From contig NC_043021.1 in NCBI RefSeq assembly GCF_006345805.1, positions 26,350,001-26,414,000 of the forward strand: a stretch of DNA of 64,000 nucleotides. The letters run 5' to 3'. Made by a program: the position numbers and the translations under genes. Below are positions 1 through 12,830 of the stretch, piece after piece. The notes under the pieces were generated by a model that did not search any database, had not been told where the DNA came from, and saw only the letters and a program-made list of their open reading frames with translations. This DNA is from Octopus sinensis (taxonomy: Eukaryota). How positions within the stretch are numbered: the stretch's first letter is position 1; each line of letters opens with the position of its first letter.

Positions 1-99
1 TTTTATATTTTCTTTTTGTAACATATTTCTACTATATATATATATATATATATATATATGTCAAAACGAATTTGTGTCAGTGTCATGCTTTGACCCCCT

Positions 100-450
100 C
101 TCTCACTATTCAATGACACTTCTTCTACTCCTCTTGCAGGGGTGAGAGTAATAGTAGGCATAGAGATGGTGAGGTGGGGTTGTAGATTGCCGGTTGTGAT
201 GGTAATGGGGTGATAGTAATAGTATGAGCAGTAGTTGAGATAGAGGCAGAGGCGAGAGTGCTGGTGGTGGTGGTAGTAGCTGAGGTGGTGAAGCATGCCC
301 GTGATAGTGAATGGTGTGAAAGACAGTGGTGATGGTGGTGGAGGAGACAGCCACGAAGTCAAAGGTGTTGATGGTGGTGGTGCCAGAAGTCTGAATGGTG
401 TGTGTATGGCAGTTGAGGTGGCGATGGTGGTGGTGCTGGTGATGGCTGAA
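100..450. repeat. Degenerate (GGT/GAT)n low-complexity tract
   Basis: Trinucleotide-rich sequence visible directly. Confidence 0.6.
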
Positions 451-983
451 AACAATCAACAGAAAGAAAGAGAGAGAGAAGGAAAGAGGTTAGACAGAAA
501 AAGAAATTGTACTGATCCCCCCCCCCCACGGGAAGGCAAAAAATGTTGTTTGTCATGAAGCTTTGCATATTATATCATTGTTTTGATGAAAATTGTTCAT
601 TGCTTGAAAAATATTGGTGAAGTTTAATAAAATTTAATATATACTCAATGCATAAAGTGTCATTGTTGGGCTCAAGGCCCAATGAAGAGCCCTCCACAGG
701 GGCTAGCCTATAGAGCAGCTTTTAAGCTAGTGCACACACACGTGTGTGTGTGTGTGTGTTTGTCCCCCACCACAGCTGGTGTTGATGTGTTTACATCCCT
801 GTAACTTAGTGGTTGAGCAAAAGAGATCGATAGACTAGGTACCAAGCTTAAAAGAAAACAAATAAGTCCTGGAGTCAACTCATTTGACTTAAAACTCTTC
901 AAGGCAGTGCCCCAGCATGGCCACAGTCCAATGACAAAAACATGTGAAATAGAAGGGGAAAAAAATTAAAATGGATTAAATCT

Positions 984-2114
984 ATGCAGTGTGTGCATGC
1001 GTGTGTGTGTGCATGTATGTGTGTGTGCATGTATGTGTGTGTGCATGTATGTGTGTGTGCATGTATGTGTGTGTGCATGTGTGTGTGTGTGCATGTGTGT
1101 GTGTGCATGTATGTGTGTGTGCATGTGTGTGTGTGTGCATGTGTGTGTGTGCATGTGTGTGTGTGTGCATGCGTGTGTGTGTGCATGTATGTGTGTGCAT
1201 GTATGTGTGTGTGCATGCATGTGTGTGTGCATGTATGTGTGTGTGCATGTGTGTGTGTGTGGTGTGTGTGCATGTGTGTGTGCATGTGTGTGTGTGCATG
1301 CGTGGTGTGTGCATGTATGTGTGTGTGCATGTATGTGTGTGTGCATGCGTGTGTGTGTGCATGTATGTGTGTGTGTGCATGTGTGTGTGTGCATGCGTGT
1401 GTGTGTGCATGTATGTGTGTGTGCATGTGTGTGTGTGTGCATGTGTGTGTGTGTGCATGCGTGTGTGTGTGCATGTGTGTGTGTGTGCATGCGTGTGTGT
1501 GTGCATGTATGTGTGTGTGCATGCGTGTGTGTGTGCATGTATGTGTGTGCATGTGTGGTGTGTGTGCATGCGTGTGTGTGTGCATGCGTGTGTGTGCATG
1601 CGTGTGTGTGTGCATGTATGTGTGTGTGCATGTATGTGTGTGTGCATGTGTGTGTGCATGTATGTGTGTGTGCATGTATGTGTGTGTGCATGCGTGTGTG
1701 TGTGCATGTATGTGTGTGTGCATGTGTGTGTGTGTGTGCATGTGTGTGTGTGTGCATGCGTGTGTGTGTGTGCATGCGTGTGTGTGTGTGCATGTATGTG
1801 TGTGTGCATGTATGTGTGTGTGCATGTGTGTGTGTGTGCATGTGTGTGTGCATGCGTGTGTGTGTGCATGTGTGTGTGTGTGCATGTATGTGTGTGTGCA
1901 TGTGTGTGTGTGTGCATGTGTGTGTGTGTGCATGCGTGTGTGTGTGCATGTGTGTGTGTGCATGCGTGTGTGTGTGCATGTGTGTGTGTGTGCATGTATG
2001 TGTGTGTGCATGTATGTGTGTGCATGCGTGTGTGTGTGCATGTGTGTGTGTGCATGCGTGTGTGTGTGCATGCGTGTGTGTGCATGCGTGTGTGTGTGCA
2101 TGCGTGTGTGTGCG

Positions 2115-2149
<35 letters not shown>

Positions 2150-2172
2150 ATGTGTGTGTGCGCATGTGCATG
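984..2172. repeat. Compound satellite (TG)n punctuated by GCAT about every 14-22 nt
   Basis: Direct reading; explains the HT/CV pseudo-ORFs. Confidence 0.95.
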
Positions 2173-3846
2173 CATATATCTGGCACTAGTTCTCCCATTT
2201 TTCTTTTTCCCTTCCTGCTCCTCCTCCTGCTCCTACACACACACTCTTCCTTTGTCCTTTCTTTTGCCATCCCCCACCACACATTTTCTACTCCACCCAC
2301 CTCTCTCATCCCTTCTACTAATCGTGACTGTAAAAACGTTCACAGAGTCTACCATTGTGCCTTATCCATTTCATGTTTCTTCTCTGCTGTTGCTTTATCA
2401 ACAACAATGGCAGAAGAGTCACTGAGGCAGAAAACCATTCATCAACTGTGTAATCCCCAGCAAAGGAGCCTCTAAACAGGTCATGGGTGACCCGCAGCCC
2501 ATGGAACTTTTTAATGTGACCTGTCAGATAATACACCATGTCTCGTGTAGTGGCTGGTGGCCCGGTTAATTGTAAAAGCTTGTCCATGTCTGCTCTAAAA
2601 TGTCATTCAGTCTGCTAGAAATAACAGTTAAATCCCCCTCACAACACACCCTACCATTTAAAATATAGTTTAAAGAAGGACACATTTGATGATGTCGCCA
2701 GGGAAACTCTATGTTTGAAGAAAAGGCATGACAGCCACGGCCAGTGGGATGCTTTGACCCTGCTGGATCAGGGGCAACTTGGGGGTTAAATAACAACTGT
2801 GAAGTAAGTCAGGAATATGTTGCTAGGGTTACTTGGCAAACAATTGGTGGGGCACTGGCCAGTCGGTTGGCTAGAAATAGCAGTGGTTAACTGCATTGAG
2901 GAAGTGGTTGGATGACTGTGAGGTGTGGAGACAATTTGGTAGAGATTAAGTATGGAGTCGGAGAAAGAGATGACAAACAGTTGAGGGGTGGGGAGTGAAT
3001 CTCAGTTCGTGGGGGGGGGTGAGACAAATTGATGAAGAGAGGGGAGGATTGCAAAAGATTCTGGAGGCATTAATGTGGGACGAGAGAGATTTGCAAAAAG
3101 TTGTGAATGTTGGCGTCAGAGAGGCTGAGTCTGGGGAAGGATGAAAAAATAGGTTGTCCTTGACACAAGAGAAGATATAATGACAGAACTGCTGATAGTT
3201 CAAGGAGTTAGAAGCAGAGCCAGATCTATACATGAACCAAAATAGGCCATAGCCCAGAGACCCCTTTAACACAGAGAAGCCTAAAGCTTGGAGTTAAACA
3301 TTAAAAAATATATTTACAGTGATCAAATAAATCATTTGTTAAATTTTTTTTACTTGTTTAAATTTAAGATCCAACAGGGTTCATTTAAGATTATTGAACC
3401 CTCTTTTGATTTATTGGGACCTTTTTAGATTAAAAAAAACCCCATCAAATTTAACTGAGATCCCCTGAATCTATCTTCACCCTTTTGAGTTTCAGAGCCC
3501 CTTCAATCTGTTTGGAGCCACTAGATTTAATGGAACCCAGTATATTTTGAATTAGCAAAATTGTAGCTCCAACAAAAAACCTTTTGGCCCAGTGGCCACT
3601 AGGTCTAAATCCAGCCCTGGATAGGAGAATGGTAGAGGGTATTAGGGGGCATGAAGGAGAGAAGCCTTTATTGACAACTATTCTATATTTATGACTCCTA
3701 TTTAGCCAGATATTTTAAGGGTCTCAGCAACTCTTTCTGAAGGACCAGCGGCTTTGCCTATCTTCACATTCTTACATAACCAGGAGTTGACATTGCTGAT
3801 ATCCAGATGAGAGGATGAGTTAGAGAGAGAGTGAAGTCAATGTCCC

Positions 3847-3878
3847 ATCCAGCATCACCTTCGAAGGTGATGCTGGAT
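3847..3878. repeat. Perfect 32-bp palindrome
   Basis: ATCCAGCATCACCTTC|GAAGGTGATGCTGGAT. Confidence 0.95.
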
Positions 3879-4696
3879 AAGAGAGTGTATAATCTGGACA
3901 GCTGAGATGGACTAGAGAGGTTTGTGTGAAAGGGGTCAAGATAAAGGGAGAAGTTTTTTGCTCAAAGCATAATCTGCCAACATCTATCAACATCATGTTA
4001 CATGTTAAACAGACTGGATGATCAGGGTTTAGGCATCTTTACTCACAAGTCAGCCTAATCAAAGCTAACCTAGGAATACACAACAACAACAACAACAATA
4101 TGTAGGAGAGGAGTGTGATGTGTCAAGGTGACACAAGACAACGAAGTCTTCCAATGGTAATTCTATCACCCAATGACACCAAAGTGGAACTAAGCAGCAG
4201 AATATCAGCTGTTTTAGCCCTTTTTTCTTCTATTCTGTCTGACACTGTTTCTGATTCTTAGATACAAACTCCCTAATTTAAAGGGATATGAATTAATATC
4301 TTCCATTGAAATCTAATGCTAATTTATGGTCCAAACACCAGCCTAATTAGGGCAAAGTTATTTTATTAAATTCAGTTTAATTGATTAATCTATAGACTCT
4401 ATAACTTATATTGAACACTCCTTTCTCATCAGTCCAATGCAAATTCAATATCTGTCTATGCTACGTAAAAGCATCTCAGTTGCCCTGAATGAAGTACCCA
4501 TTACACTCTGCGAAGTGGTTGGCATTAAGAAAGGAATCCAGCTGTAGAAACGATGCTAAAATGGACAATTAGAATCAGGACAGACCCAGAGCTGACCAGT
4601 TCCTGTCAAACTGTCCAAGCCATGATAGCATGGAAAGCAGATGTTAAATGGTGATGATGATATATACATATATATACACATGTACATGCATACATG

Positions 4697-5822
4697 TGGC
4701 AGATGCGCAGAAGCAATAAGCACTGGAAATGCGCAGAGAACAAATTCTGCCACATTCCAGGGAGAAAAACTAGAAGTAGTTGATAGCTTCCGTTACCTAG
4801 GTGACCATGTCAGTAGCAGGGGCGGGTGTGCTGAAAGTGTATCTGCTAGAGTAAGAATAGCCTGGGCAAAGTTCAGGGAGCTCCTACCTCTGCTGGTGAC
4901 AAAAGGCCTCTCGCTCAGAGTAAAAGGCAGACTGTATGACGCATGCGTACGAACAGCCATGCTACATGGCAGTGAAACATGGGCCGTGACTGCTGAGGAC
5001 ATGCGTAAGCTCGCAAGGAATGAAGCCAGTATGCTCCGATGGATGTGTAATGTCAGTGTACATACTCGACAGAGTGTAAGTATCTTGAGAGAAATGTTGG
5101 ACCTAAGAAGCATCAGCTGTGGTGTGCAAGAGAGATGATTGTGCTGGTATAGTCATGTGGCGAGAATGGATGAAGATAGGTGTGTGAAAAAGTGCCAATC
5201 CCTAGCGGTTGAGGGAACCTGTGGAAGAGGTAGACCCAGGAAAACCTGGGATGAGGTGGTGAAGCACGACCTTTGAACATTAGGTCTCACCGAGGCAAAG
5301 AATAGTGACCGAGACCTCTGGAAGTATGCTGTGCATGAGAAGACCTGGCAGGACAAGCGAGGCCATAACTCGTGGCCTCTACCTGGGATGTAGCCAACCC
5401 ACTTATGCATACCTTTCCTCCTTGGGACAAAAAACTCTGCTTGCGAAGACCTATTGAGGCAAGTGAAATCGGAATCGAAATCGAAATCGCTCAAAAATCA
5501 ATGGAAATTGTAGCTTTGATACCAGTGCCAGTGGCACGTAAAAGAACCATCCGAATATGGCCGTTGCCAGCCCCACCCCGACTGACCTCCGTGCCGGTGG
5601 CACATAAAAACCACCAACTGATCATGGCCGTTGCCAGCCTCGCCTGGCATGTAAAAAGCACCCACTACACTCACGGAGTGGTTGGCATAAGGAAGGGCAT
5701 CCAGCTGTAGAAACACTGCGAGATCAGATGGGCCTGGTGCAGCCTCCTGGCTTCCCAGACCCCAGTCGAACTGTCCAACCCATGCTAGCATGGAAAATGG
5801 ATGTTAAATGATGATGATGATA
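4697..5822 (+). mobile_element. 5'-truncated RTE-clade LINE (RT C-terminal region plus 3'UTR)
   Basis: LEVVDSFRYLGD, RIAWAKFREL, KGRLYDACVRTAMLHGSETW, RGRPRKTW. In-frame stop at 5136-5138; (GAT)n tail. Confidence 0.9.
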
Positions 5823-5947
5823 TATATATATATATATATATAAATTTTTGCTGAAAGTATGTGAATGTCCACTCCCCACCCCACTTGGAAAAATGAAGTT
5901 CTGTAATGCACAATAGAGCAAAATGGACATTAAAGGAAAAGACAGCG

Positions 5948-5983
<36 letters not shown>

Positions 5984-6189
5984 CACATTTTAAACAGAAA
6001 GTGAAACTGTACTCAAACAATTGTTTCTAATTTGGGCAAAAGGCCATCAATTTTGAGGGGAGGGGGTTTAATCAAGGGCTTCAATCCTCATGCCTTATTT
6101 TATTGACCCTGGAGAGATGAAAGGCAAAATTGATCTGTGTGGGGTTTGAACTCAGAATGTAAACAATCACGCAAACAATTCTATAATAA

Positions 6190-6400
6190 TAATCTTTTCT
6201 ACTCTAGGCACAAAGCCTGAAATTCTGTGCAAAGGGTCAATTGATTACTTTGAGCCCCAGTGCTCAGCTGGTCCTTAGTTTATTGACCTCAAAAGGATGA
6301 AATCAATCTTGGCAGAATTTGAACCCAAGATGCAAAAACAGATGAAGTGCCGCTAAGCATTTCGCCCAAGGTTTTCACAGTTCTGCCAACTCAGCAGTTT
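6190..6400 (-). mobile_element. SINE family 3 (degenerate copy)
   Basis: Similar to the copies at 26670-26897 and 30915-31110 (GGATGAAAGGCAAAGT..GGAATTTGAACTCAG). Confidence 0.55.
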
Positions 6401-7352
6401 AAAAGATTTACCAAAATATAATTAATATTTTCATTATTGAACAGTCATTGCTTTCCTTCTGCTGCTGGCAGACAATTACATGGCCTTATTTTCAATATGT
6501 CTTAGAACATAGAGTTCCAAATGAAAGTGCAATTTTCAAAGTAGACAGAATGATTTAGATAATACAGACAGATAGGCAGGCAGACAAACAGGCAGATGCA
6601 ACAACAGATAAAATATAATACATATTAAATATTAATATATAATTTTATTAAAAGACATCTATAATTAACTGTGTACATAAAAGTGTATGAATAAACTCTG
6701 TTTGCAATTGAAATTACGTTGAAGTGAAAACATCTGGCCTCATGAGAGATATGTGAATGATCATCATCATCATCATCATCATCTTCACCACAGGCTTTTA
6801 TTTCAAATGCAGAGAATTGAACTCGTGCATGTTTACCCACACACTGCTGATAACCCTTGTTTTCCAATCAAGTCAAAAACTTCAGGGTCCTACTCTTTAC
6901 CCAGGAGAGCTGATAGAAATGCTGAAGTGTAAACAAGTGGATGTGTGCTGTGTGTAGGAGGGAAGATGGAAGGGAGCCTCAACTAGATTCCTTACTGGCA
7001 TGGAACAGGTGTTACAAATTCTGGGTGGATAAGAGTGACACAGATAAATGGAATTAGTGTATTCCTATCTGTGAAATAGACATATGAGGCAACTGACCTA
7101 GTTTACACTAGAGTAATGGTGTACATGTGTGTGAGAAGATAATAAAGCTTAAATTGACCATAGGAACAATATTAGTGACAGTTATTTCTGAATTCACACT
7201 ACATTCAGAAGTTGTAGAACAATGAAACAACTTGTTTTATGAAGTTCTTCTGTAGGCTACATTCATAACTAATAATCGATTTCATTATCACAGCTGTACA
7301 TGAGGACATGGTTGGTGTTAGGTACGATGAAAGAAGTGAGGAAAGATCACAA

Positions 7353-7529
7353 TTTGTGGGATCCTCTGATACAAATGACCTGACTATCTGTAAGTTGACC
7401 CTTAGGAAGGCAGTGAGCCATTGATCAGCTTTCAGTCAGCCCTGACTGAAAGCTGATCAAGAGGCTCACTGCCTTCCTAAGGGTCAAGTTACAGATAGTC
7501 AGGTCATTTGTATCAGAGGATCCCACAAA
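7353..7529. repeat. Near-perfect 177-bp palindrome (87/88-bp arms, 2-nt spacer)
   Basis: TTTGTGGGATCCTCTGATAC...TTCAGTCAG|CC|CTGACTGAA...GTATCAGAGGATCCCACAAA, with about 2 mismatches and 1 indel. Confidence 0.95.
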
Positions 7530-7839
7530 AATATCAAATAACTAGAAGAGAAGTTAGACATCAGATATACATAAGGAAGGAGAGAGGCAGAAAGAAAGTA
7601 GTTTATACATGTTCCATGAGGTGGGGGTCAGAAGTGTGAGATGTTCTGGAGAAGTAGGCAGTGCATATGAGATGTTGGAGAGAATTACATACAGAATGCT
7701 AACAATGGACTTGAACTGGCTATCAGTGAAACGGGGAAGAAAGATACATGGAAATGATACTTTGAGAATATGAGAGAGAGAGAGAGAGAGACTCTACAAT
7801 AAGAGAGGGAGCAGCAATTTAAACTGATGGTAGCATTGT

Positions 7840-8340
7840 AGATAGAGCAATTAAGGATATGAAGGTAGAGAAAGCAGCTGGTTCTTTGGAGGTGGTTGCT
7901 GGGGTACTTAAATTTCTGGCTAAGTAGGATATAGGATAGTCGTCGATGCATAGTCAAAAGAAGGCATCATTCCCAAGGATTGGTAATGCAGTATCATTGT
8001 AAATTACTAAAAGAGCAAAAGAGAGATTTATTAGAGAGAAAGAAAGGAAAGAAGAGTCGTTATATTGTTGGACCAAGTTATGAAACTTAGAGAAAGAGTT
8101 TAGGAAGATTAGGAAGAAGAAGATTTAGTGGTTGAGATAGAGTTTGGGTGGGCACCAAAGGAGACAACTAAAAGAGAAGCATTTCGCTAGAAGTAAGCCT
8201 CAATACTTAGCTTTTATTAACCTCACTTGGTGGTCTGGTAGTTTCTAAGGAATCTGGGTGTAGATGAATGCCTTGTAAGGATCATAAAAGCCAGTATAGG
8301 GGTGCAGTTGACAGAAGAAGAGCCAGCAACTTAGAATTTA
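7840..8340 (+). mobile_element. Highly decayed RTE-like RT fragment
   Basis: IKDMKVEKAAGS, IPKDW, SIIVNY-like motifs with stops and frameshifts. Confidence 0.45.
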
Positions 8341-8737
8341 GGTAGGGGCTGATACAAAAGTATCTCGGGCAATAAAGAACCTCATTGATGATGCAAACTT
8401 ACAGTAAAACAATGCGATTTACTAGACAGGTGAAGCGAACAACATGTGTGTATGTTTACCTAGAATGTTCTAAACCTGCAAACACTCCACGCGCAGGATG
8501 TACAAGGTGTAGGAGGATCGCAAAAGCAGTCACAGTTCATAAATGGCCCCGAGGTGAATAGAAGTGGCAAAACAACTTTTCATGGACACATTACAAATAG
8601 GGCAAAAATGTGCAGAAACACAATGATCTTTTCTATCTTGTGGCCAGATAGAAAATTTAGTATATTTTTAATTCCATGCTACATGTTTCATTACAAGATA
8701 GGAACTACAAGGTATGTATACATACATACATACATGT

Positions 8738-8769
<32 letters not shown>

Positions 8770-9489
8770 TACTGTGTTTGAGTTTATCCCCCCCACCACC
8801 ACCACCACTTCACAACTGGCATTGGTGTATTGAAGTCCCTGTAACTTAGCGGTTCAGCAAAAGAGACTGATAGAACAAGTACCATGCTTTAAAAAGAAAA
8901 GAAGTGCTGGAGTCAATTCATGCAACTAAAAATTCTTCAACACAGTGCCCCAGCATGGCCACAGTCAAACGCCTGAAACACATAAAAAAGAAAAAAAAGA
9001 CTATGCATTTTCCTTTAGTTAACCTCTCTCTCTCTCTCTCTTTCTCTCTCCTCTCCTTCTTTCCTACTCTCACCACACCTTGTCTACTCATCCCTGCAAT
9101 ACACAACTCATTCCTCTCCAACAAAACATTCTCTTTGAAACATTAAACTCTTCTTCTTCTTCCTCCTCCTCTCCCACACCGAAACATTCCATTTCCTTCT
9201 TAAAACTCTTCACACTTCTGACAACCTCCTTTAATCCTTTTAAGCATTTTCAGACGTCTCCTGTCAAACGCTCACTGCTTACTGCTTTGGATTAACCATG
9301 CATTATCTTGTAACTTTGAGAGATTTTCACAATGTGACTGTTACTTTCAGAATGACATTGTAGGGTCAGTGGGAGAGGCCACATTTGGCTAGTCTAAACA
9401 TAAAACAAGTAGAATATCTGGGGTCTGATGTGGAGGGTTTAAAAGCCAAAGGGTTAATGTTTTAACATTGTTTTTATCTGTTTTCTTAC

Positions 9490-9862
9490 TCTTACTCGTT
9501 TTAGTCATTAGACCGTGGCCATGCTGGGGCACTGCCTTTCAAGTATTTTAGTCAACTCAAACAACCCCAGGACTATTTTGTTTTTTTAAAGCCTGGTGCT
9601 TATTCCATCAGTCTCTTTTGCTGAACTGCTAAGTTACACCAACACCCGTTGTCAAGCAGTGGTAGGGGACAAAAACACACACACACACACAAACAACAGG
9701 GTTTTTTTTTCAGTTTCTGTCCACCAGTTCCACTTACAAGGCTTTAGTCGGCCCAAGGTTATAAAAGAGAAGACACTTGCCCAAGGTGCCATATGGTGAG
9801 ACTGAACCTAGAACCATGTGGTTGAGATGTAAACATCTCCCCACACACCTACACTTGTGCCT
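9490..9862 (-). mobile_element. tRNA-headed SINE family 1
   Basis: Matches the other copies (GACACTTGCCCAAGGTGCCA, GAACCATGTGG). Confidence 0.75.
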
Positions 9863-10262
9863 TACCATTCTAATTAGAAACAAAACAAACCAAATACCAA
9901 ACAATAAAAATTCGTAAAACAATAGATTGTTTGCTTCTCATCTGGAATTTTTCATTTATTTTATTTTTCCTGTTTCTTTCTGTTACGTCTTTCAATTCAA
10001 TGACAAATAAATTTTAGAAAATTTTTAAAAATGATGTTTTTAATCAATATTAATCATTCAATTTCTTCCTTCCACAATTGTCATCAAAGCTATAACCTTA
10101 TTGCCTATCATCATCATCGTTTAACGTCTGTTTTCCCTGCTGGCATGGGTTGGACTGTTTGACAGGGGCTGGCAAGGCTGGAGAGCTGCACCAGGCTTCA
10201 GGGTCTCTTTTGGCAGGGATTTTATGGCTGGATGCCCTTCCCAACACCAACCACCTCACAAT

Positions 10263-10642
10263 CTTTTACCCTTTACTTGTTTTGGTCATTGGACTGTGGC
10301 CATGCTGGGGCACAGCCTTGCACGATTTAGTCAAACAAATCCACTTGTTTCTAATTTTTAAGTCTGGTACTCATTTTGTCGTTTTCTTTTGCCAAACTGT
10401 TAAGTTATGGGGATGTAAACAAACCAACATTGGTTGTTAAGTGGTGGTGGAGAACAAAGACAAGCACACACACACACATACATGATGGGCTTCCACACAG
10501 TTTCCATCTACCAAATTCGCTGAGAAGGCATTGGTCAGCCTGAAAGCAGAGGACACCTGCCCAAGGTGCCACACAGTGGGATTGAACCCAAAACCATACA
10601 GCTGCACAACAAGCATCTTAATCACGCAGCCATCTTTATGCC
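10263..10642 (-). mobile_element. tRNA-headed SINE family 1
   Basis: Same consensus blocks. Confidence 0.75.
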
Positions 10643-10819
10643 TCAAAGCAAATACTGCCCCTCAACCCCGCCTTCCCCAGAGTCTCCCATGGGGCAGGGA
10701 GGGATAGTTTCCGCTGAGGAGGACCAGCTATGTGTGCTGAAGCATCAAATGTAAACAATCAATAAATCAGTTTTTCACAGATTAATCTACAATTAAAGCA
10801 GTGTCTGAAGGTTCTCAAT

Positions 10820-11445
10820 TAGGGGTTCTCAGCGGGGGTGCACATGGCCCTTAAGGGTCCATATAAGATTTTGTTTTTAAAATATATCTTCATGAGCACA
10901 GGAATGGCTGTGTGGTGAGTAGCTTGCTTACCAACCACATGGTTCTGGGTTCAGTCCCACTGCGTAGCACTTTGAGCAAGTGTCTTCTACTATAGCCTCG
11001 GGCCGACCAAAGCCTTGGGAGTGAACTTTGGTAAATGGAAACTGAAAGAAGCTTGTCATGTGTGTATGTATGCATGTATGTGTGTATATGTTTATGTCTG
11101 TTTGTTCCCCCACCATTGCTTGACAACTGATGTTGGTGTGTTTACGTCCCCATAACTTAGCGGTTCAGCAAAAGAGACCAATAGAGTAAGTACTAGTCTT
11201 ACAAAGAATAAGTTCTGGGGTCAATTTATTCAACTAAAAGTGGTGCTCCAGCATGGCTGCAGTCAAATAACTGAAACAAAATACAATATATTTTAACCAT
11301 TTTTTTTCTATATATTTCCTAATAATATTTAACCATCAAAATATAATAGGGTCTTTTTTACACATCGAATGGCTACAGGGGTCCCGTGGAGCAGAAAAGG
11401 AACCAAAGGAGTCCGGAGAGAGAAAAATGGTTGAGAACCACTGCT
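10820..11445. mobile_element. hAT-like MITE interrupted by a SINE
   Basis: Inverted ends AGGGGTTCTCAGC and GGTTGAGAACCACTG; SINE at 10893-11283 inside. Confidence 0.55.
10893..11283 (+). mobile_element. tRNA-headed SINE family 1
   Basis: A-box-like TGGCTGTGTGG, B-box-like GGTTCAGTCCC, internal (TG/TA) microsatellite, CCAGCATGGC-containing 3' part. Confidence 0.85.
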
Positions 11446-12019
11446 TCACGTATTTCTTTCTTCAATGTACTGAATGCTAAATGTGTTCCTTTCTGCTGGC
11501 CAATTAGGCAAAGTTATTAAATGATAATTAATAACAAACTGGGGCAAATAAACAAACAAAAGTAAAGAGGGAAAAATGGCAATCTGAAGAGAAAATGGTT
11601 CGCATAGCAAACCATTGGGAAAGCAGTCGTATAAAAGACTAATGAGGAGATGCATGGGTTAGTGGTTGGGGATGTTGTGGTTTTCATGCCTGGACGAGGT
11701 GGTCTCTTATGTTCTCAAAGAAAACCTTTCACTGCATATTGCTTCAGTCCATTCAGATGTAAATGAGGTCTGAGCTGGGAAGTTAACCCTGTGGCAGACC
11801 AGCGTCCAGTTCACGGGATGGAGAGGGTAGTAATAGGCCACATATATATGTATGTGCGTGCATGTATGTATAAATATATATATACACACACACCCACACC
11901 CACAAACATGTCTATACCCCACACACACACCCATCCACCCATCCACATTGTCATCATTTAACATCTGTTTTCCATGCTGGCATGAGTTGAACAGTGTAAT
12001 AATAAAAATAATAAATGCG

Positions 12020-12257
12020 CCCTTTTAAAATCTAGCCAGGCTCATGGGCCCGGTTTCTCGGTTTCAATGGTGTATGTGCTCCCCAGCTGAAGGGGACGCC
12101 AGTCCATCGCAGCTCATTTTTGCCAGCTGAGTCGACTGGAGCAATGTGAAATGAAGTGTTTTGCTCAAGAACACAACGCGTCGCCTGGTCCAGGAATCGA
12201 AACCACAATCTTACGATCATGATGCTGACACCCTAACCACTAAGCCATGCGCCTCCA
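12020..12257 (-). mobile_element. tRNA-headed SINE family 2
   Basis: Minus strand GGCGCATGGCTTAGTGGTTAGGGTG...GGTTTCGATTCC. Relatives at about 13745-13865, 33750-33862, 53390-53525 and 55060-55245. Confidence 0.8.
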
Positions 12258-12539
12258 CGTATCAAATCAAAAGACAGCAGAAAGTTCTGCTGTCTACTTT
12301 GGTGTGGTTTCTATAGATGATGGATGCCCTTCCTCACAGCAACCACTTTACAGAGCATGCTGGGTGGGGGGAGCTTTTTGTGTGGCATCAGCAGCAGCAG
12401 TAAGGTCATCGAGTAGCTTGCAACACAAAACCCTTCAACCGTGGTGGACTGGGGAGGTATTGGGAGACAGGAAGGTGTCCTGTATTCAGGAAATATGGCT
12501 TTTTCAGATGGAGAAGAGGAAGATGTCGAAGATGTGACC

Positions 12540-12830
12540 GAGAGGGAGGACAGGGACTGTTCACCCACACAGAAGTGGACCAGGGACTGAAGAGGGTGGG
12601 TAGGTGGGTGAGTTCACAAGATTTTGAAAGAATAGGAGCTGGCAGTGTGGGTGAAGGGATTTGACAGGGGTTTATTGTGTGCAGGTAGGTAGGTTGACAC
12701 AACTGTGAGAAGGGAGTGGAGGTCATGGATGGTTTGTAGGAGAGAGAGGGAGTTATGAGCATGTCTTTCCAGGTTGTCTTGGTCCTTTGTCCTCTCCTTT
12801 GTGAGGCTCAACATCTAAACATCATTTTAA
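12540..12830 (-). mobile_element. Possible very decayed Penelope-like element coding remnant
   Basis: Pyrimidine-rich minus strand with weak resemblance to the PLE RT/EN linker. Similar debris at about 2330-2990 and 20920-21540. Weak. Confidence 0.25.

Noticed and set aside
899-2475. 400-490 aa His/Thr or Cys/Val ORFs in all six frames
   Set aside because: Translation of a stop-free (TG)n/GCAT satellite; not a protein.
11578-11640. CTGAAGA + AATGGTT/AACCATT hairpin + GAAA
   Set aside because: No stem I or stem III pairing; cannot be supported as a ribozyme.
12180-12257. tRNA gene
   Set aside because: tRNA-derived SINE head continuing into a repeated SINE body; same for family 1 heads.
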